64,000 nt of DNA, taken from the IMG/VR virus record IMGVR_UViG_3300032050_013007, positions 18,254 to 82,253 of that record. The stretch is one strand, 5' to 3'. Of this stretch, positions 58,113 through 64,000 are shown piece by piece (the stretch's first letter is position 1; each line of letters starts with the position of its first letter). The stretch is from a virus. Below the pieces are notes generated by a model. That model saw nothing but the letters and a program-made list of their open reading frames with translations, ran no database searches and was not told where the DNA came from. A program made the translations under genes and the position numbers.

Positions 58113-60326
58113 TTACATCTTACTTCCATATTGTTCGTAAAACGATTTGAGGATGCCAAAATTCATGTGACTTCCTCCTTTATTAAAACATACTACTTTG
58201 CTACCGTACTTGTCTTTGTTTTCGCAGTACCACTCCAATCTTTTTCTTGTTTGACCATAAAACCCAGATGTCCCCCAATTTTTAGGGTCGCAATATAAAA
58301 TAGTGTTACTTCCAAAAGGTAATCCTGTTTCATATGTTGATGGGTCAATTAACCCAACTAAACTAAGTGAACTGTCATCGGCATGTGACCAAGCCTCTCT
58401 TCCACCTTGTGAAAAACCCGCTAATGAAGAAACTTCTCCACCGAATTTTTCCTTTACATACGCTCTTACGTTAGCCAAACTATTCATATGATGAGTAACA
58501 ACTATAATAATATTGTTAGCGTAAGGGGTCATTACATTTATATATTTTTTTATTGCTTCAGGTTTTGCACTATTTTTTGAGTATCCTGATGTATGTGAAC
58601 CACCAAATAGAACATGCACTCTATTACCTGTATAACCCTCTGGTTTAATTATTGCATATTCATTATCAGATGTTGATGAAACTTTATTTGTTGGTTTTTC
58701 CGAACTAGTGACGGTTTCAGCTGGTTTTGTGGTAGTATCTGTAGAAATGGTTGCGGTTTTTGTTTTTTGTATTTTATCCAAAACTGACGGGTCTTCAGTT
58801 ACTTTTTTTGATATTAAAATTATTAACTTATTAATTTCTTCTTTTGTAATTACACCAGTTTCAGTCAATCCATTCGCCTTTTGGAAATCCTTTACCGCTT
58901 GTTCAGTTTCGTTACCGAATTTACCATCGATACCCCATTTTGGTAACGAAAACCCTAAAATTTGAAGTATTATTTGAATTGTTTCAACATTTGGGTTAAA
59001 TTCTAGAGTTTGTCCTGATGGTTTTAAATTATTTAGTGTTTGATTTAAATTTTTTAATTCTATTAATTTGTCGGCAAAATCTTTTTCTCCGACAGATTCT
59101 GATGGTTTTTCGGCGGTAGAGGTTGAATTAGATGGTGATGTTGATTCACTACCTGTAAATATTTTATCTGAATTTACTAGTAATTCTTTTATGTGTCGTC
59201 CTTTTGGTAACCCTATATGAACATGGGTTCCATTATGCATCTCTGTACAAGATTCATCTTTGCACCATTCGGTAACTTCCCCAACGTAATCACCCAATTT
59301 AACACTATCACCCACAGAAAGTTTTACATTTTTCAAGTGGGTGTAGAAAATATCAGGAAAATTACCTTCACCTTTGACAGTAACTTGAGTTCCAAAAACT
59401 TTACCAGACCTTTTATTTGTATTTCTTATTTTAATAACTTTTCCTTCAGTATAGGCATTTACTACACTTCCTGGAGGTGCAAATACGTCCCAAGCATTGT
59501 CTGACTGCCAATTACCAAATGCTCTTTTACCGTGATTTGACGGACCATTTTCAATATCCGTTTTAAAAGGACCGCCAATACTTGTTTCACCTTCTTTTAA
59601 TGTATATGTCTTGTCTACTAATTTATTTTCAAAATCATGTAGCTTTTCAATATAACCATTTCTTCTTAAAACTTTGAAAACTAAATTTTCGTCGGAATAT
59701 TCTCCCTGTTTTTCAAGACCGCAAGTTCTATATTTTTTTAACTTGTCTTTATACTTTTTAATTATCTGTCTCGCATTGTCAATAGGTTCATCTGATGCAT
59801 TTTTAATTACACCATCAATAATATCCATCCATTGATTTGTCTTTGTTTTAATCAAAGATGTATCAATTTTTACATTTTCCTTTTTTGGTTTGTTTGACCA
59901 TTCATTATATAACACAGAATAAACTCCACTACTGAAATGAGCTTCAGTTTCATTTTGAACATACAATTCAACATCATAACCATAGATAGTTATGTCATGT
60001 TTTTCGTTATATAATGTTTTTTTTAATGTGAAAAGTTCTTTATATAAATCAAGTTGTTCCTCAGGAAATTGAGAAAAGTCCGCAACTATATGTAAATCAA
60101 CATCTGAAAAACTCGACCAATTAAAGTTAGCCAAAGAACCGGTCATAATGATGTCAGTAACAACCACATCAACCTTTAGATACTCAATAAAATCATTTGC
60201 AACTTCTAAAAGTTTTTCCCTAACCTTAGGGTTCATAACAATCTCATTATCTTTTTTAACCCAAATTTTTGGATTTAAAGATTCTCTAACTTTAAAACTT
60301 GATAAAATCCTTTTTAAATTACTCAT
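58113..60326 (-). CDS. Fusion: Pol-beta family nucleotidyltransferase + M23 peptidase + PG-binding domain + alpha/beta-hydrolase-like domain
   Basis: TGSLAN...SDVDLH...DVELY; FYTHL...VGDSVKLGD.VG...HVHIG; IDGKFGNETEQAVKDFQKANGL..TG; GFSQGG...IDP. ATG 60326 preferred. Confidence 0.8.
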   Translation of the reverse strand: MSNLKRILSSFKVRESLNPKIWVKKDNEIVMNPKVREKLLEVANDFIEYLKVDVVVTDIIMTGSLANFNWSSFSDVDLHIVADFSQFPEEQLDLYKELFTLKKTLYNEKHDITIYGYDVELYVQNETEAHFSSGVYSVLYNEWSNKPKKENVKIDTSLIKTKTNQWMDIIDGVIKNASDEPIDNARQIIKKYKDKLKKYRTCGLEKQGEYSDENLVFKVLRRNGYIEKLHDFENKLVDKTYTLKEGETSIGGPFKTDIENGPSNHGKRAFGNWQSDNAWDVFAPPGSVVNAYTEGKVIKIRNTNKRSGKVFGTQVTVKGEGNFPDIFYTHLKNVKLSVGDSVKLGDYVGEVTEWCKDESCTEMHNGTHVHIGLPKGRHIKELLVNSDKIFTGSESTSPSNSTSTAEKPSESVGEKDFADKLIELKNLNQTLNNLKPSGQTLEFNPNVETIQIILQILGFSLPKWGIDGKFGNETEQAVKDFQKANGLTETGVITKEEINKLIILISKKVTEDPSVLDKIQKTKTATISTDTTTKPAETVTSSEKPTNKVSSTSDNEYAIIKPEGYTGNRVHVLFGGSHTSGYSKNSAKPEAIKKYINVMTPYANNIIIVVTHHMNSLANVRAYVKEKFGGEVSSLAGFSQGGREAWSHADDSSLSLVGLIDPSTYETGLPFGSNTILYCDPKNWGTSGFYGQTRKRLEWYCENKDKYGSKVVCFNKGGSHMNFGILKSFYEQYGSKM

Positions 60327-60356
60327 CCCCAATAAATATTTGAGTTGAGTTAATTG

Positions 60357-60599
60357 TTATGATTTTTTGTATTTAAACGCTTTTGCAATTTTAGTACTGA
60401 AAAATTTACCTTGTGATTCGCTCATTCTAAATTGAGTGTATAACTGATGGGGAACTTCATCGTATTCATATAGAGCCCCATTATTAAATGTTACCAAAAG
60501 TTTTTTAGTCTCGGTATCATATTCAGTTTTCTTAATATTACTTGATTGAATCTCGTTAATAATTTTTGTTCCAATAATTTCTTCTTTGAGTATTGCCAT
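60357..60599 (-). CDS. KTSC domain protein
   Basis: SSNI....YD...K.L.V.F.NG..YEY..VP...Y..F..SESQGKFF. Confidence 0.88.
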   Translation of the reverse strand: MAILKEEIIGTKIINEIQSSNIKKTEYDTETKKLLVTFNNGALYEYDEVPHQLYTQFRMSESQGKFFSTKIAKAFKYKKS

Positions 60600-60646
60600 A
60601 ACTTTTTTTTTAAAAAATAATGGTTATTATTAGAAAAAAAATAGTT

Positions 60647-62674
60647 ATGATAGAATCTGCAGATAACGACGGAAAAAAATCAAAACCTTCATCTGATAAC
60701 GGCACTCCTGTGTTGGATAATTTCAGTAGAGATTTAATAAAATTAGCCGAGCAAGGTAAACTTGACCCTGTTGTTGGTAGAGAAAGAGAAATCACAAGAA
60801 TTGCTCAAATTCTATCACGAAGAAAAAAGAATAATCCCATCATTATTGGTGAACCTGGTTGTGGTAAAACTGCAATTGCTGAAGGTTTGGCAATTAAAAT
60901 TTTTGAGGGGGATTGTCCAAGAAATCTACAGGATAAAAGAATCGTGTCTTTGGATATGACATCAATTGTTGCGGGAACAAAGTACAGAGGTCAGTTTGAG
61001 GAAAGGATGAAAGTTATCATTGAGGAACTTCAGGGAAATCCAAATATCATCGTTTTTATTGATGAGATTCATACTATAGTTGGAGCAGGTAATTCATCAG
61101 GGTCATTGGATGCATCCAATATATTCAAGCCGGCACTTGCTCGCGGTGAGATTCAATGTATCGGAGCTACCACAAATGACGAATACCGTAAGAATTTTGA
61201 AAAGGATGGTGCTCTCGAAAGAAGATTCCAAAAGGTTATGGTTGACGCCGCAACAAAGGCGGAGACAATTCAAATTTTAACAAACACAAAAGACAAATAC
61301 GAATCATATCATAAAGTTACTTATTCTGAACCAATTTTGAATTTATGTGTTGATTTGGCTGAGCGATATATTACTGACAGAGAATTTCCTGATAAAGCAT
61401 TTGATATCATTGACGAAGTCGGAGCTCGTAGTCAAGTTGAAATCAAAATGCCTGAGATTATCGAGGAATTAAAACAACAAGCTGCCGATATCAAACAAGA
61501 AAAATTGGAAGTTGTTAAGAAACAAAACTACGAGGAGGCAGCGAACCTTAGAGATAAGGAGAAGAAAATTTTGAACAAATTAGATGAGGAGAAGAAAAAG
61601 TTTGAAGCCGAACTAACGAGTTCTAAACGAGAAGTTACCGAAGAATTGGTTTACGAGGTGGTTTCAAATATGACAAAGATTCCAATTTCTAAATTAAACG
61701 CGGACGAAACAAGATTACTTGCTGAATTGGAAAAGAATTTGTCAGGTAAAGTTATTGGTCAAGAAGATGCGGTTATTAAAATTGCAAAATCAATTAGAAG
61801 GAATAGATTAGGTATCAAAGACCCAAATAAACCAATTGGTTCATTTATTTTCTTAGGGTCAACGGGTGTTGGTAAAACTTTATTGGCTAAACAATTGGCT
61901 AAAGAAATTTTTGGAAGCGAGGATAACCTAATCAGAGTTGATATGTCCGAATTCCAAGAGAAACACACAATCTCTCGTTTGATTGGAGCCCCTCCAGGTT
62001 ATGTTGGATATGATGAAGGTGGTCAATTAACTGAACAAGTAAAAAACAAACCATATTCAGTTATTTTGTTTGATGAGATTGAGAAGGCGAACAAAGATAT
62101 ATTCTCAGCTCTTTTACAAGTTTTGGATGATGGACATTTAACTGACGGTATCGGTAGAAAAATCAATTTCAAAAATTGTGTAATCATTATGACATCTAAC
62201 ATTGGTGTTAAGAAATTGGAGGAGTTTGGTGCGGGTATCGGATTCAAATCTACCAACACTTATATCGAAGAAGAATATAAGAGGGATATGTTAAAGAAAG
62301 AACTTAAAAAGTTCTTTGCACCTGAATTCTTAAACAGAATCGATGAAATTATCGTCTTCAATAGTTTGAAAAAGGATGAGATTGTTGAGATTGTTAAGAT
62401 TGAGTTGTCTAAACTTACTCAAAGATTGACAGGTCGTAATTACCAAATTAAGTTCGATAAATCAGTTGTTGATTTTATTTCAGAAGTTGGGTTTGATGAA
62501 AACTACGGAGCTCGTCCACTGAAAAGAGCAATTCAAGATAAAATTGAGGATTTTATTTCAGAAGAGGTTCTAAGAGGTAATATTAAAGAGGGAACCGATT
62601 ATGAATTATCTGTAGTTGATAATAATGTTCAGATTAGTCAACAAAAGAAATCAAAAAAGAAAAAGGGAGAATAA
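60647..62674 (+). CDS. clpC: ClpC-type AAA+ unfoldase lacking the N-terminal Clp domain
   Basis: LDPVVGR, GEPGCGKT, FIDEIH, UVR-like YEEAANLRD, GSTGVGKT, IGF ClpP-docking loop, GARPL. Start is 60647 or 60620. Confidence 0.88.
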   Translation: MIESADNDGKKSKPSSDNGTPVLDNFSRDLIKLAEQGKLDPVVGREREITRIAQILSRRKKNNPIIIGEPGCGKTAIAEGLAIKIFEGDCPRNLQDKRIVSLDMTSIVAGTKYRGQFEERMKVIIEELQGNPNIIVFIDEIHTIVGAGNSSGSLDASNIFKPALARGEIQCIGATTNDEYRKNFEKDGALERRFQKVMVDAATKAETIQILTNTKDKYESYHKVTYSEPILNLCVDLAERYITDREFPDKAFDIIDEVGARSQVEIKMPEIIEELKQQAADIKQEKLEVVKKQNYEEAANLRDKEKKILNKLDEEKKKFEAELTSSKREVTEELVYEVVSNMTKIPISKLNADETRLLAELEKNLSGKVIGQEDAVIKIAKSIRRNRLGIKDPNKPIGSFIFLGSTGVGKTLLAKQLAKEIFGSEDNLIRVDMSEFQEKHTISRLIGAPPGYVGYDEGGQLTEQVKNKPYSVILFDEIEKANKDIFSALLQVLDDGHLTDGIGRKINFKNCVIIMTSNIGVKKLEEFGAGIGFKSTNTYIEEEYKRDMLKKELKKFFAPEFLNRIDEIIVFNSLKKDEIVEIVKIELSKLTQRLTGRNYQIKFDKSVVDFISEVGFDENYGARPLKRAIQDKIEDFISEEVLRGNIKEGTDYELSVVDNNVQISQQKKSKKKKGE

Positions 62675-62687
62675 TCTCCCTTTTTTT
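62660..62687. terminator. Bidirectional intrinsic terminator
   Basis: aaaaagggaga-ataa-tctcccttttttt between convergent genes. Confidence 0.85.
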
Positions 62688-63075
62688 AATCTAATCTTTG
62701 TGTTGCTAGTTGTTCTATCGTATTAATCAAATTGGCGTAAGCCGTAAAGTGATTAATTGCACCATCAATTGATGTCAAAAGATTTTGTTTTCTATCAGGT
62801 GGCATTTTTGAGCTTTGGACCTTATTTTTCAAGTCTCTAAGTTGGTCCATAATCTTGACATTTGGAGCATCTAACTTTTTTAGTTTTCTTGTAAGTTGAC
62901 GAAGGCTACTTAGATATTTAAAATAATCATAACCATATCCTCTCCATACTCCTTTTAATCCTTGAGCCGCATTTACCAAAGGGTCGAATATACCCTCTTC
63001 CATTTCTTGTTCTTGGATAACTCTTTTTACTAAATTGTTGAGTTCTGTTTCTGTTAGTCGTATAACTTTTGACAT
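62686..63075 (-). CDS. Hypothetical protein with LTETEL leader
   Basis: MSKVIRLTETELNNLVKRVIQEQ, GATATTTATT at 63090. Confidence 0.8.
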   Translation of the reverse strand: MSKVIRLTETELNNLVKRVIQEQEMEEGIFDPLVNAAQGLKGVWRGYGYDYFKYLSSLRQLTRKLKKLDAPNVKIMDQLRDLKNKVQSSKMPPDRKQNLLTSIDGAINHFTAYANLINTIEQLATQRLD

Positions 63076-63098
63076 TTTACTTTTTTTTAATAAATATC

Positions 63099-63932
63099 TT
63101 AAAAAAGTAAAAATTGCTTGTCTTTAACAACTGAGACATGGTATTTGAAATTACCAAGTTCTTGAATCATTTTTTTCCCCGTATCAACACCATTCATAGT
63201 ATCCTCAATTACAACATACTCGTTAGCAGTGTGGTAGTTGTAATACCCAATTGAAATGTTGATACAAGAAAAATCAAATTTACTTTTCAGGGCGTAAACG
63301 TCTGTGTATGGATGCGACCCATATTTTTGTCTACCGTCAAAACTTTCAACTAAAACATTGTCACAAATTTGAAAAAATTCATCTGACTTGTCAAACAATT
63401 TAACACCCATTGAGTATTCTGTAACCATCCAATTGAACGGGGCGTCGAACTGAATTGCATATCCCACGTTTTCAAAAAATTCAGGGTCAGCGTTTCTTGA
63501 ACCATGACAACCAGTTTCTTCAGAAACGAAAAACGCGGCTTTAAGATTTGGAATTTCTTTTAGTAATTCTAAACATGCGAAGACTCCACACTTGTTATCA
63601 CCACCAATACCTGTTGGTTTTCCGTTGTCATTGTAAGCTTTAAGTGCGGGTTTTAGTTCTCCCTGATAGTTCTCAAGAATTTCATCCTCAATATTAATTG
63701 TATCAATTTCGTGTACGGTATCGGTATGTGCAACAACACAAGGATAATAGAAATCAACATTTTTTTCTTCACCATCATCTTTTGTCGCGTAGATACTACC
63801 TTTTGAATCGACATAATAAGGTATATCGTTCTCAGTCAACCAATTTTCAAGGAATTCAATCATCAATTCCTCCTGATAGGTTTTTGTTGGGACTGACAAA
63901 ACTGATTTAAGTAAATTTAGGTCTCTTTGCAT
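63099..63932 (-). CDS. M20/M28/M42-clan metallopeptidase
   Basis: VAHTDTV, GGDNKCG, SEETG, QFD, YTDV, GYYNYHT.NE. Confidence 0.85.
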   Translation of the reverse strand: MQRDLNLLKSVLSVPTKTYQEELMIEFLENWLTENDIPYYVDSKGSIYATKDDGEEKNVDFYYPCVVAHTDTVHEIDTINIEDEILENYQGELKPALKAYNDNGKPTGIGGDNKCGVFACLELLKEIPNLKAAFFVSEETGCHGSRNADPEFFENVGYAIQFDAPFNWMVTEYSMGVKLFDKSDEFFQICDNVLVESFDGRQKYGSHPYTDVYALKSKFDFSCINISIGYYNYHTANEYVVIEDTMNGVDTGKKMIQELGNFKYHVSVVKDKQFLLF

Positions 63933-63937
63933 AATGA

Positions 63938-63960
63938 CAAAGATAAGTCAAGTTTGTCAA
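63938..63960 (-). promoter_or_regulatory. Host-type promoter (-7 TAnnTTTG), probably near-leaderless transcript
   Basis: TATCTTTG on the minus strand (63945-63938), 5 nt before ATG 63932. Confidence 0.5.
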
Positions 63961-64000
63961 TAAATAAAATTTATTTAAAATAATTCAGGATGATACAAAA

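Noticed and set aside
44535-62259. Numerous 60-130 aa ORFs antisense or out of frame within head, terminase and clpC genes
   Set aside because: Fully nested in well-supported genes, with no motifs or own expression signals.
63580-63610. GGDNK instead of GGDDK in the peptidase as possible inactivation
   Set aside because: D-N at this position occurs in active M42/M28-clan enzymes, and the other metal ligands are present.

Overview
AT-rich, densely coding fragment of a large T4-like (jumbo) tailed phage that uses the standard genetic code. The host is most likely in Bacteroidota: there are TTTG-N20/21-TAnnTTTG promoters, no Shine-Dalgarno sequences, a Bacteroidia-type bS21 and a T9SS-style C-terminal domain. 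From left to right: a partial >1590-aa modular tail-fibre-like gene missed by the ORF track (1-4781); a 2671-aa mosaic virion-like protein (split LamG-like core, reprolysin metalloprotease, mucin-like Thr/Pro tracts); a small late operon with a stand-alone WYL protein; a ~12-kb glycosyltransferase/nucleotide-metabolism block (about 8 GT-like genes, exonuclease, dUTPase, methyltransferase, PhoH) ending in a gp55-like sigma factor; baseplate-like and spanin-like genes; a cassette of three signal-peptide proteins (subtilase with T9SS-like tail, non-specific nuclease, outer-membrane barrel); the head module (major capsid, scaffold, prohead protease, bS21, portal, large terminase); and a nucleotidyltransferase-M23-PG-binding-hydrolase fusion, KTSC, ClpC lacking its N-domain and an M20/M28 peptidase. 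About 20 genes share an upstream TATTTAT motif, the reverse complement of the T4 late promoter. Many small proteins share N-terminal leaders ending in L/I-x-E, suggesting a capsid-cargo tagging system. I saw no tRNA, rRNA, CRISPR array, integrase or reverse transcriptase. All family calls come from recognising motifs by eye, not from database searches.
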